A stretch of DNA of 60,782 bases, filler included, from Sluysia triapertura (Eukaryota): assembly GCA_046118255.1 (NCBI GenBank). It is 5 parts of 5 records of this genome, joined end to end, with 100 filler letters (N's around TTAATTAATTAA, not from the genome) between each part and the next. Parts side by side here need not be neighbours in the genome. Positions count along the whole stretch, not along the records: positions 1 to 11,823 come from JBJNIA010167148.1; 4 more parts are not named here. One strand, 5' to 3'. Of this stretch, positions 1 through 11,823 are shown piece after piece. The notes under the pieces were generated by a model. That model ran no database searches. It worked only from the letters and a program-made list of their open reading frames with translations, and had not been told where the DNA came from. The number at the start of each line of letters is the position of its first letter. Positions within the stretch are counted from its first letter, which is position 1. The translations under genes were made by a program, and so were the position numbers.

Positions 1-75
1 TTTTGCCATAGCGGCCCTCCGTTAGATTTCCGTTGTATCAAGTGGCCCGTAAAGCAAAAAGGTTTGACACCACTG
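1..75. mobile_element. Right end of hAT (Charlie/Buster-type) element or MITE, truncated by the window start
   Basis: Ends GGTTTGACACCACTG (reverse complement CAGTGGTGTCAAACC, a typical hAT-Charlie TIR) with GCGGCCC/GTGGCCCG subterminal motifs. Followed by CTTTAGAT (76-83), which resembles the 8-bp hAT target preference. Confidence 0.65.
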
Positions 76-340
76 CTTTAGATGATGCCAATAGTATTTA
101 TAACCATATTAAATTTTTCAAATGAGAATGTTATTTTGGTTCAGTCAGTGTAGTTATTAATATGATTTTCGGCAAAGTTAATTCTTGCTCTTTTATGAGC
201 ATCAGTAAGGGAAGGTTTAGCAAGCATTTTGATGAATTTTACTGTTTGGTTCTAAATCTAACATTATGCGAGTTGTAGGCAATGTTGTATTTTTCGCATA
301 CCTCAATAAACTCCTTTTCTGCCCATTAGTTTCCATTACT
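76..340 (-). mobile_element. Tc3/Tc1-like transposase remnant
   Basis: Manual translation: KFIKMLAKPSLTDAHKRARINFAENHINNYTD*TKITFS...GYKYYWHHLK. This matches the Tc3-type KP.LT..HK.ARL.FA...W....FSDEKKF..DG..YYWH region; stop and frameshift present. Confidence 0.8.
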
Positions 341-834
341 TTTTAAAACTATTATCAAAATAATTGGATATCGCATGTCTTGATTTGTTTAACTTTTGGC
401 AATACTTGCATTACTTTCCCCTTTCTTGAGTTAAAAAATGCAATATTGGATACTTGGAAAAAGACTAATAAACTCAGGATCATCAATAAAATACTAATTT
501 TGTACAATACGTTGTATAGTCTCTTAAATAAAAAGTTTGTATAATGTAAAATAAAATTTTGTATATAAATTTCGTTTATCGAGTTTACTGATTATTACTT
601 AGTTTGGAATAATGGGATACTGAAAATTGGAACACATGACCTTGGTTATTGGAATTATTGAATATTATTTAATTTTGAATGATTAGGATACTTATTGTCT
701 GTTTGGAATATTGAATTTTGAACATTAAACAAAATACTTCGATTGAATATTATTATAAGTAAAACAATATCCTAAAAATCAATTGTAATTTTAAAATTAA
801 TAAAATACATTAAAAAATTTAAAAAATTCATTTA

Positions 835-3150
835 TTAAAAAGCATCATCAAAATCCGAAAATGATAAAAAGTCATCATCATTTTATTGTTAAGAAAATAG
901 TGTCCATAAGCTAGACTTTCATTTTTCTCCAGTCGGTACCTCTTGTCATTGTTGGAGAGTGCAATTTAACTTGATTTAATTCTATGTAATTGATGGTTTT
1001 TGGAGTCAATTCTAGTTTGATCTACAGAATAAATAGTACTATTTTCAAAACATATTTTATATTCTTGATGACTTATGTTGATGCCTTTCAGAGTGAAGAA
1101 TAATAAGGAATAACATTTGGACCTCAAAAATATCAATTCAATATATATAAGTTAGATCATTATTTGACGTATCCAATAATTCATATTTAACCATTTCATT
1201 TAATAAAGTATCTAAATTAACATTAGTGCATTTTAAAAGAAAACTATAAATTAAATTGTTGACGATATTTTTCTAATTATTCATATTGTAATTGATATTC
1301 TTAATTTACTTAAATCTAAAACAATTTATCCTATATATTACTTGGTATATCTAAGCACACCGCTTATTTTCCTAGTAATACTATAATCAAATCATCAACA
1401 ACTTTTATTGAATTTTTAAAAGTGGCTTTATCGGTGTATTTAATTAAGTTTTTATAAGTAAAAAATCTTACATTAATATATCATTTCAAATTCTCTACAA
1501 TCTTACCATAAAGAGATTTTTTATTAACCCCTTACCGGTTTAGTACGTGTATACACGTTGAACATTCGAGTGACCATAACGTACTTACTACGTGTATACA
1601 CGTTGTCATTTATCAGCGAATTATTTATCTAAAATAATTGTTGGGATTTTCATTCCTAAACAAAGAAAAATTTGAGTTAAATTTAAAAAAAAAAATTAAG
1701 TCAGTTTTTGACCATTCACAGAAAAAAAATAAAACCGGTAAGGGGTTAAATTGTAAAAATTTTTCTGGAATTATGTTGCCTGAATACGTTTATTGTAATT
1801 ATAATCAATAAATACAAGTCTGATTAAATTTACAAGCAGTTGCTCCTAATTTATGTACTTTTGTAGGATACTCCAATCATTATATTTAGGTTTATAAGTT
1901 AATAAAGTTTTAACTTTATAATTTGGTGAACATTTAGATTCAGAGATAAAGATGTAATAATCAAACCTATTTTACTATTTACCGTAAATTTAAAATTAAT
2001 TTATTTTCATCATAAATCCGTTCAAAGACAATATGCAGTAATGGTTGTGACAAAGCCCTACCTTATAAATTATTAATATCTATGTACAATAAAGTATTAT
2101 TATCAGGCTTGCTTTCTACTTCGTACACCATTTTCCAAATAAACCAAACAACAGTACTCATCATCTTTTGATTTAAGTGCTGATGCCCAACTTAAACCAG
2201 GTAATGATCTTCATTTATGGATGTTTTCCTAAATTCTTCAAAAATATCGTTCAAGAAATGCTTAATTTTAAATAGAATATCGCATAATCAAATAAATTAT
2301 CACAATTTAATTCTTACTACATTTTTAATGCCTTATAATAATCGTCACTACTTATATGAAGTAGCCATATGGCACAAAAAATACCTTTCGGTTTTGTTAC
2401 ACTATTTGAAAATACTTTGCTAGTTTATCGTAATGTAGGCATCATGCTATTTAAATTTTCTAAAAATTGAAAACTATCCATAAATTTAATTGAAATTTTT
2501 TTCATGATTTAATATAAGCAAATAAGGCTTGAAACTTTTCTTAACTTTGTGGTGTGCAAGTTATTTCTCATTTTATTAATTGATCCAATGCATATTTTAA
2601 TATAAGTTAAATGTCATATAAATTGTGAAATATTGCAGGTAAGTTGGCGAATTTTTTTTACTTAAATTACATTTATTACAAGATGTACTTAAATATTTAC
2701 CAAGTTTAATTGCTGGTTTTCACACAAATAACATGATTTTGCATTATTAAACTAGTTACATTCATTTCTTTTTTATCTTGCTAATATTATTTTGAACACG
2801 TATTTCAATCTCATTTAAAAAATTACTACATATTTATCATCATCAAAACTATAGTATTCCGTTTGTGGGCCTAAAAATAATAAACCTGCAAGTAATTGAC
2901 AAGACGGTACTTGCAATTTTATACTGTATGGTACTCCAGTTTCTACTTGACTCAAAGCATTTTCATTTTTATCAATGATTAAATTGAGTAGCATCAAAAC
3001 GTGTTTTTGATATTATTAATATGTGATGTATTTTCCAAATCGATATATCACTAAAACATCAATAAAACATTTTCGTCCACATCTTTTGAATATTGCGTAA
3101 TATTGAAAACTTAGATAGTTTATTGAAGAATCTAAAAAGCAATTTAAATA
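835..3150 (-). mobile_element. Maverick/Polinton protein-primed DNA polymerase B, decayed
   Basis: Collinear motifs on the minus strand: AKSCYLCEK..GKYLSTSCNKCNL..LPAIFHNL (~2620-2750), PYGY (~2365), DIFEEFRKT, PGLSWASALK (~2172-2201), LLYIDINNL*GRALSQPL (~2040-2095), SLYGKIVENL (~1490-1517), YIG*IVLDLSKL (~1305-1338), LRSKCYS (~1107-1127), ALSNNDKRY..SLAYGHY (~897-962). Stop TAA at 835-837. Many stops and frameshifts; 5' boundary approximate. Confidence 0.88.
1528..1745. mobile_element. piggyBac-type MITE (218 bp) inserted in the Polinton PolB
   Basis: TTAA at 1524-1527 and 1746-1749. Perfect 14-bp TIR CCCCTTACCGGTTT/AAACCGGTAAGGGG. Two copies of TACGTGTATACACGTTG (1544-1560, 1589-1605) contain the palindrome ACGTGTATACACGT. 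Confidence 0.9.
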
Positions 3151-4259
3151 AAAATATACTTTACTTAAATTATGTTTTTGTAATTGTTAAATACAAAATT
3201 TTATATTTTTATCGTCTTCTTGCATTTAGTTCATTTCTTGGTTAGTGTTAATGGTTTTCTGGTTTTTGGTTTTTTAGGTAATGGTTTTCGAGGCATTGGT
3301 ATAGTCTTACCTGACGTAGTTTTTATATTTTAAAATAGTTAAATGAACCCAAGTTTGCTTCTACTAAAATGTTCTTGGAGTACGAAAATTATCAATATCT
3401 ATATTGTCTACACTTCTCTCAATATTGTGTGGGTCTAACTTTTTAAGGATGGTGGTCTTAAAGATATACTAAAAAAATGAAACTGTAATATATTAAAAAA
3501 ATAAAATTAAATGTGATAACCTAAAGCTCGATAATGGTTCGTCAGTATGATTTCATTAGGATACCACGGATAATTTGTGGTATCCTTGATATATCTAAGC
3601 AGTATTTCAAAGCTGTTTTCGGATTAAATTTGTATTTGATATATTGACGTTTATTGTACTTTTCTCTTTATGTAGTTATAAAAACTTATTTATCTTGTGT
3701 TGTCCAATATTTTGCGGATTTGTCATATTTAACTCAATATTTCTTTTATGGAAATCAGATTATTTGTCACACAGATCAGATAATCGTCGTACCAATCATT
3801 GTAACAGGAACAGCTCCATTAAATTTGTAACATTTACAAATAAATAAAATTAAAAACCAATACTAAAATTATAAAAAATACAATTAACATGAAGCTCGGG
3901 TGATTCGGGTATTATTTCGTCATCGATTATGATGACTTCTACATTTTCTTTTGCTCTCTATTTCAACCTCAGAGCTACTCAGTATTTGTTGTAGCTCCGG
4001 AGAAGATTCATTTGATTATTGATAATAATTTATTAAATGTAATAATATGATTTTCTAAAAGCATTAATTTATATACTAAGTTATTTTGCACTAAATCATT
4101 TTTTAATTGCAAACTTTTAATAGCACTAGCAAACATTTCAAATAAAACATGATAATAAAAATTTCAGGTTCAAGCATGCATTGGTTACCAAACTTAGTTG
4201 ATAGCTTGGTGTAAATTAATTAATTCTTTCATTTTGAATGTGACTGTACATGATTATAC

Positions 4260-4735
4260 ATGAAATATATTCTATAGGTTTCTTACACTTCATGTTAGTA
4301 TTATGTATGACAATTTGAGACGAAACTTAAGGCTATAGTTATGCTTACAATTACAAAGTATTGTCTTGATTCCATTTATTAAAATTTAAGGCTATTTGTA
4401 ATAAATTACTAATATAACAATGACTTGAATACAAATAAAAATTAACATAAACGTAAAATCGTGATATATTAAACGCCATATATTTAAATAACAAAAGAAG
4501 GATGAATTTCAAACGTATAATGAAAATGTTAAGATTGAATTGAACATAAAATAGAACTACCTTTTCAATGAGCAGGACTTGAAAAAATTGAAATATATCA
4601 GAGCATAATAGATAACAAATCAAGTTAAATTGATCGGTGTAAAATTGATGTAGCAAGTTTTTAAGATTATTTTCTTTAATTTTATTCCATGACCGATTTA
4701 ATTGAGAAGATTGGCCGAAACGTCGACCATTGATA
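4260..4735 (+). mobile_element. Possible Penelope-like element 3' remnant (GIY-YIG-like and pLTR motif)
   Basis: Degenerate translation SC*YYV*Q..RRNLR and KRKI..AIYLN, followed by GGCCGAAACGTCG (4713-4725), a motif typical of Penelope pseudo-LTRs. Heavily decayed. Confidence 0.3.
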
Positions 4736-6021
4736 AAATTATTAGTGGACTTATATATCAATTTTTCTAAATAGATATCATTTATAAGCATGTATAGTTT
4801 TTGACGATTAGTTTTATAAATATTTCGTGGATGAAAATAAGTAGACGTTAAACAAATAGATTTATTTATATCCACGAAACATGTGAACGAGAATTTGATC
4901 ATTTACTGAAAATATGAAAAATTGTGTACAATGAAATAATTTTTAGGGTGACTGCTACTTAATTTAGTATTCTATATGAATTTTATTTTAGCTATTTTGT
5001 AGGTTGCAGTGAATTGAAATTTTTTATTACTGACAATGGTACCAAAATTTATTAGAATTATTAATAAGATGGAAACGATAAAAATATTTACATAAATTAA
5101 ATTATTCATCTAGGTTCTTCTTTAACATTTAAAATCTAAAGAATTTTCAGTTATTTCGACATAAGTTCTCTTTCAGGTGTCTTCAAATACTATTTTGTCT
5201 TTTGTTTCATCCATGGTGTTTGAAATCCTACAAATTGTCTTCGAAGTCAGCTGGGAATTTTTGTGCGATTCTAGACCTTTTAAGTAAAGTTAAGCTATAT
5301 CTTCGCCATTGTCGTGGAAATCTTCGATTGTAAAAAATGAACTTACTGAACTATGAATGATTTTATTTTTTATCTATAATCTTTTTGTAAATGTCACTAA
5401 CAGGAAAATCATCTTATTATAATGCTTTCTTCGAAAGGACAAGATCTATATATTGAGCTTTGTATGTCTGATCTTGAGAACGAAATTTGTCATTAAAAAC
5501 GTAAAAGTTTTTTGATATTTTTTTCAACCTAAAAGAGCGATTGCATGAAACAGTTGAAGTCTTTCGTTATTTGTTGCTTATCCTTGAAACTGAATTAAAA
5601 CTTAATTCTGATGTGACTTTAAATGATAAAACTATTGCCTTGAAATTTGAAAGATTTAACTTAATATGATACTTACTTATTTCTTCTTGATACTAAGCAG
5701 TGTCATAACAAATTAATGAACTTATTTTTACTCATGTGTAGAAATACACCATTTGAATCCAAATTTTATAAAATTATATTCCGTTTCTTGGCTTTCCAAG
5801 CATATTGCAACATAAATATTGCGAAATGAAAATATGTTTTATTGGTTTCAATGCACCACAATAATCGAAAATACGACTAAATAATGATGCTTCTTATGAT
5901 GATTAATTTGATTAGATCCATCAAAGCATAAATAGCCCAAGATGATTTATAAATCTTTTCTATATCATCTAATCAAAATTTAAAATCATAGTTACATTGC
6001 TATTATACTAATAACATAATA

Positions 6022-6532
6022 TGTCAACTTAATTTAAAGATAAAATTAATGAAATGATAAATTTATTTCGTAGAGGAATCTTTTGCATAATACGTTGTGC
6101 GTCAACCATATGTCGCACGCCAAGTTCAATAACATAATTAAATAACATTTAAATTATAAAAATTAATTAAATAACTAATTTTTACGTTATCTACGCAATA
6201 CTTCATCATTAAAAATACTAATAAAACTCAATATTATGCACTAAATTTAATATTATATCATGAGAAAACATTTTGATTGAGTTATGAAATTAAACAAATT
6301 TTAATTAAGTTAATTAACAAATGTACTTTAATATTTTAACAAATAAAACCTTATAAAGGGTTATTTCTTCATATTTTCCATTATTTTATTTCGATTTAAA
6401 TATTTTATATGCTTATCCTATCATTTCAGTTCATCATAATGTCTCATCTTAGTTCTTTAATAATGTTGAATTTATTCTCTTATCCTTAGTCTTGACCCTT
6501 ACATCTATCCTTATCCTTCACCAATCCCAACA
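6022..6532 (+). repeat. Dispersed LTR-like repeat family Y, copy 1
   Basis: Aligns by eye in reverse orientation to ~56690-57085 (shared AAATAACTAATTTTTACGTTATCTAC, TATAAAGGGTT) and to 49065-49209. Ends ...CCCAACA at 6532. Left boundary approximate. Confidence 0.65.
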
Positions 6533-6669
6533 ATTCTAAGATTTAGTATGTTGGATTAGTTAAATGAGGGCTGATACACACTTTATTAACGTTTACATAG
6601 TAATTTAAAAGTAAGTATAAAAATTTAAAAGATTTAAAATGATTTTATATTGGTTATTTTAGTTAGTTA

Positions 6670-6800
6670 CAGGAACGGCCCACTCTACGTCATAAGTCAT
6701 TTGCGTGCTCAATTTTATTTTGTCGTAGAATAAGAGTTAAAACAAACAACAGTTGGCATAATAAAATGAAATTTGAATTGTTCAAACAAAAAAATAGAAC
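6670..6800 (+). mobile_element. Possible MULE transposase remnant
   Basis: Translation RVKTNNSWHNKMK resembles the MULE RTNN..E.WHNKL motif. Single short motif only. Confidence 0.3.
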
Positions 6801-9800
6801 ATTAAGAAGCACAGGATTACAGACGTGCCTTATTTATGTTCTATTATCTCAACATAATTCTTATTGAATTTTCAAAACAAAATACAAAATTTAATAACAA
6901 AACAAAAACAGTAATCATTGTTCTAAAATTGAATATATTTAAATCATTGTTTATAGACCAATCTTATCAGTGCGCGAACATAAACAATTAATGATCAATT
7001 ATTAGACAACAATGTGATATAATTAGTGAGTTGTTTAGGAATGTTGTTGATGATGTGAGTGTATTTACACAGAACGACACTATTCCTTATGATACAAACA
7101 TTGTCGATGACGATAATAATGAAAATTATTATTCAAATTAAACACAATTAATGATAGTGCCGATGTAAATAAATTAAAATTGATGATATTGTTTTTGATC
7201 AATAAATATTCACAAATATAATGATTAAATTAGAGAATTGTTGCTAAATCAATGTTTATTATTATTTATCAGTGTATACTACATTATAAGCAGAAGATAA
7301 GTTAAATTAAATTAATTTAATAATATAGATATTCAAAATTCAGTTTAGAAAATGGGATAGTCATGGTAATACAAAAACTATTATAACTGTAAATACATTA
7401 TACCTGATAATATTTAATTTAAACTAAATATTTTTATTGACTGATTAATTTGTTATTGAATTTATTACACGTTCTTACATTAATTATGACCAACTACTCG
7501 AATTAATGATGATTGATTAATAAAATTCGTTTCATTTCGGTTTTTGTTTTATTCAAGTAGTCGTCGAATGTAATTAAGAGATTTGTAAACATTTGAAATG
7601 GTTTTTAAGTAGTTTTATGTCAAAAAGAAAAAATTTGACAAATATTTGTTTATTTTATTTTGTTGAAATTTTAATCCAAAGGTAACATAATATTTACAAT
7701 ATAGTGGATCGGATGTTTAGCTTTAAAATACAGATTTAAAATTCTAAAAAAATTTCAATTAAACCTATTAATATGAAATAATTATAAAATCTGTTTCATT
7801 AAATAACATTATTTATAACGATTTGAAATAAGTTTCCTTATTCTCGTTAGAGACATATTTACAAATAAATTCCGTAATTAGTAGATTAAGAGCTCTCATT
7901 TAATGACTTTCAGTTTCACGCAACAGTAACTTCTAAAGTATGTATCATGTCAATTGCTAAAGCAAAACAAATTCTGAGGTCGTAGAGCTATAATTTCGAG
8001 TACTCTGATATCATTAATAATACTGTAATGACTCTTCAGTTGTGTTATACTGGAAATAAAATCATTACAGAAATATAAATTAAATGTTATAAAATTATAA
8101 AAACAATACTTAATATACTAAATGCAACGAAAATAGAAATTTATACAAATCCAATTATTAAAACAAATTATAATAATAATTATTTAAATTATAATACAAC
8201 CTTAATTAAATAAATTTATAATTGATATTATTATAATGATTTTTTATTATATTATTTATTGAATTTTTTTAAATATAACATATATTAGTTTAAAAGTAAT
8301 GCCTGGAGTTATACAAATACTAATAAAATTTAAATGTGTCATTTAGTACAAGGAAAATATTATACCGAAATGACATTGTATAGAAGAATTTTCAGTTATC
8401 AAAACAAATAACGATTCTGTTAATGAAAATGAGAAGATGAAAACACTATGAGTTGAAAATAGAATAAACGACATTGTTGTTATTGCTTAAGGCATAAATT
8501 TAACCGATATAATCTGACAAATGATCCACTCGTAAAAATGAAGCTTTTTCAATTTTTGATGCTATCACAAATGATGAAATAAAAAACAAAAACGAATAGA
8601 AATTATCACTAAACACTTTAATACAATGGCGAATCAATTAGAAAATCAGTTTTTTGTTAAATTATATATTTCTGTTTATTTTTATGGAATTGGTTTGGTT
8701 TTTATCTTGGGATCAAAATATGATCAAATTAATAATTCAATTTTGTACTTGCAGGTACTAATCGGTTTTTGATTTAATATTGTTTGTTTTAGAAATGACT
8801 AATGTAATAATCATAGTAGACTGTGTGAACAAAGATTATCGTATTCTTTATTCAGAAAATTAAATCATTAAATTAAGGCATGGACCTCTGATAAAGTATG
8901 TATGTGCACGTTCAGGAAATTTAGGAGCAGTAGTAGTATTGATGTGGTTTCCCAACGAAAGCTTACAAGCACAATTGTTTTTAATAATTTAAGAGTTTGC
9001 CTGTGATCTGAGTCATACAGATTTATATATAAAATAGTCAATTGAGACCGGATGCTTAAACTGTTTAAATGTAATTTTATGTGAGTTCTGACGTGATGCA
9101 TACACTTGTTAGGATATCATCACAACCTTCTAAAATCATGCAAAAGGCTTTTAAGCAATTTATAATTTGTTAAAACCTTTAAAATCACTGAAAATATCAT
9201 AACATGTTAAAACAGAAAAAGGAAAAAATTTTCATTTGCTATTTTTTGAAAGTCTTGCCGTTTCTAGAAAACAATACTTAATTTCTTTAATGGTTGTCAA
9301 CGGTTTTCATTCGGATACGTAAAATAAACAATTAATATAGATCCTTTTCATAGGATTTACGTAAAATCTCATTTAATAACTAACTTATAATAACCTCATA
9401 AAATTTCTTAACCTCCATGTTAAACATTATAGTTTTCGTTGACTTAAAATATCCAATGGCTAGCCCTAATTGGTAAGCCTAGTATGTTGGTGGACTCGCA
9501 ATTTGTTTTATTCATTAAGGTTAAGAAAGATGCAGCATCATTTAGTAAATAATTAAATGTATTAATATTCTTAAAAAAATAAAATAACAAGTTAAATATT
9601 TCTATTTTAATTATAAATCAAGTATTTATATTTTAATTGTTAATTATTACAAATGTATTTACAATAATTCAAGTACGTAAAATATATTTTATTGTATTAG
9701 TATTATATATTTTATTGCCATTATAATAAAAACAAATTTAGTTGACATCTACAAATTTTTATTGATAATTTATGCTTACATTTACTGGATTTATTAATAA

Positions 9801-9847
9801 TTTATGATTTGTATTTACTGGAGTATATAAATACAAAAATATTTAAA

Positions 9848-10004
9848 TGTTGGGGTAAAAAGGCCTAAGGTGCCATTTGGTAAAATTGACAATAATAAAA
9901 TAAAACTGTTAAACGTGGCTGATAGCTCAGTGGTAGAGCATTCAAACTGCACAGCGATGGTCCCGGGTTGGATCCCCGGTCAGTCCATTTTACGAAGACT
10001 AACA
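9848..10004 (+). mobile_element. 157-bp solo-LTR/TRIM-like element carrying a tRNA-Ala-derived cassette, copy 1
   Basis: TGTTGGGG...CTAACA termini and 4-bp TSD TAAA (9844-9847/10005-10008). Aligns end to end with the reverse complement of 47943-48098. Confidence 0.82.
9916..9987 (+). tRNA. tRNA-Ala-like pseudogene / Pol III cassette inside the LTR-like element
   Basis: 72 nt. Acceptor (T)GGCTGA/TCAGTCC+A with G3.U70, D-arm GCTC-AGTGGTA-GAGC, T-arm CCGGG-TTGGATC-CCCGG, TGC at the anticodon position, TTTT directly downstream. The anticodon stem does not pair, so it is probably not a functional tRNA. Confidence 0.7.
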
Positions 10005-11823
10005 TAAAAATAACTCACAAGATACAAGCCTCAAAATATTTTGGTTTAAAGATTACATTCAGTTGTTTAAGAAAATTTTAAGGAGTAATCAAGTATAGCA
10101 GTTAAAGAAGATTGAAATTTATTTGGTCGCCAAAGACAAATTTAATTCCTAATTATTAGTTACAGATTTCTGTCAAGGACCAACAATATTTCGATATTGA
10201 AATACTCCAGAAAATAGCAGATCATCATAATTTCTAGTTTTCTGATCAAGTAAGATAATAATTGTTAAGTTATTACGCTTTGATATTCTCAGCGTCAAAC
10301 TCTTACTCAAAATCTTAGTTAGTCTTTCAAAAATCCAAGTATTATACCTGAATTAATATAATTTTAAAATATTGATTAAAAATTAAAGAATTTGTTTCTT
10401 TTATTTGAAATTATATATCTTTATTATATCTACTTATATTATTTCTCACCAAAAATTTGTGTTTGATAAATCTTTTGTATTATTTTAGTTGACTTTTCGG
10501 TTTAATAGTTAAAAAATACAGTTTAAATTTGATTTAGCATAATTTTAGACAACAAAAAATAATAAAATCAAGAAACATTTAAAGATTATAAATTTATAGA
10601 AAAGAAGATTCATGAAATCCTTACCATCTGATATAAATATAGGAGAGACCATTAAAGTATAATAAACTTTGAATATAAAAAGAAGAGAATTGAAAAGGAA
10701 TTATTAAAATACTTATTCTTAGTCAGTTCTGTAAATACGTCCACTTACGTTGTACATCGTAGACTACAGACGAACCTGATTAAATTTTATAATTGTTAAA
10801 ATAAGTAAGCAAATTTATTAACATTTCTGTTTTGGTAATTTTGGAAAATAAATACATTTATAAGTGATTTTAAAAGTTTTAAATGATTTCAGAGGGTTGC
10901 GATGATCAGCACCTGAAAAGAAATTGAGAAAAAGAAAATAAAAATTAGATTAGAAAAACATTTCGAATATAAAGAAATTCGTAAAAACATATAAGTACGT
11001 CTTTCGAATGAGTGTAAATCATGTATTATAGGTGAACTCTAAGTTGATAAGTTCGAGATTATTTCATGTATAGTTTCCAGATAGAAACAATTGCATATTA
11101 TAAGAGTAAGTAAGAGTAAACAAAAAATATTTAATATCGAGTCACAAAGAGAAAATAAAAGTAAAATAGAATTTAAAATTAAAACATTTACACTATTTAA
11201 TTTGTTGCTATTGAAATTTTAAATATAAATTTTTTTTCTCATTAAGTCCGGATGGAGAAAATTATTTTAAACAAGTCGAGTTTATTGTTTTGACTCCAAG
11301 CGAAAACCGAACTTAATAACAAATAACGTACTATAAAATTTATGTTTAAATATGATAATGCAGAAATCTTTGACACATTCCAATATGGCGGATTCAGTAG
11401 TAAGACTTTGCCGAGAAATACAAAACTACAATAAAAATTACTTTGTGAATTTTGAGCGTAGTTGAATTTTGTATATATATTAATCACCTACCACTGATAT
11501 TCAACCATGTTGAATTATTTTTTGTTCTTGTCAGTGTGTGCATCTAAAATATGTATCTAAAAATAAATCTAAAATTAATCTAATTCAATGTACGTATAAA
11601 TTATGTAAAAATCTTAATTTCTATTTGTGTTTCTAAAAACAATATTTAAATTTAATGATCGATTTTTTGTATTATTGTTATTATCAATTGTTTTTGATAT
11701 ATTATTATTATTATTGTTCGGTTTTCTTACTTACTCGAACAATTATAAAATAAATTTTAGAAGTTGGGTCCGCCTACGCTAAACGATTTATCTTACCTAT
11801 AAGGACGTTCACGTAGGATTTTA

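Noticed and set aside
4351-4902. Longest ORF in the track (183 aa, minus)
   Set aside because: F/I/L/N/K-rich text typical of AT-rich non-coding DNA; no motif; antisense to a probable TE relic.
7493-7561. ACTACT/AGTAGT hexamers as Maverick termini
   Set aside because: Six-mers are expected by chance; no long TIR or 6-bp TSD visible.
9916-9987. Functional tRNA-Cys(GCA)/Ala gene or a classical tRNA-SINE
   Set aside because: The anticodon stem is unpaired in both copies. A conserved 68-bp upstream leader, fixed TG...CA ends and a 4-bp TSD do not fit a SINE or a standalone tRNA.
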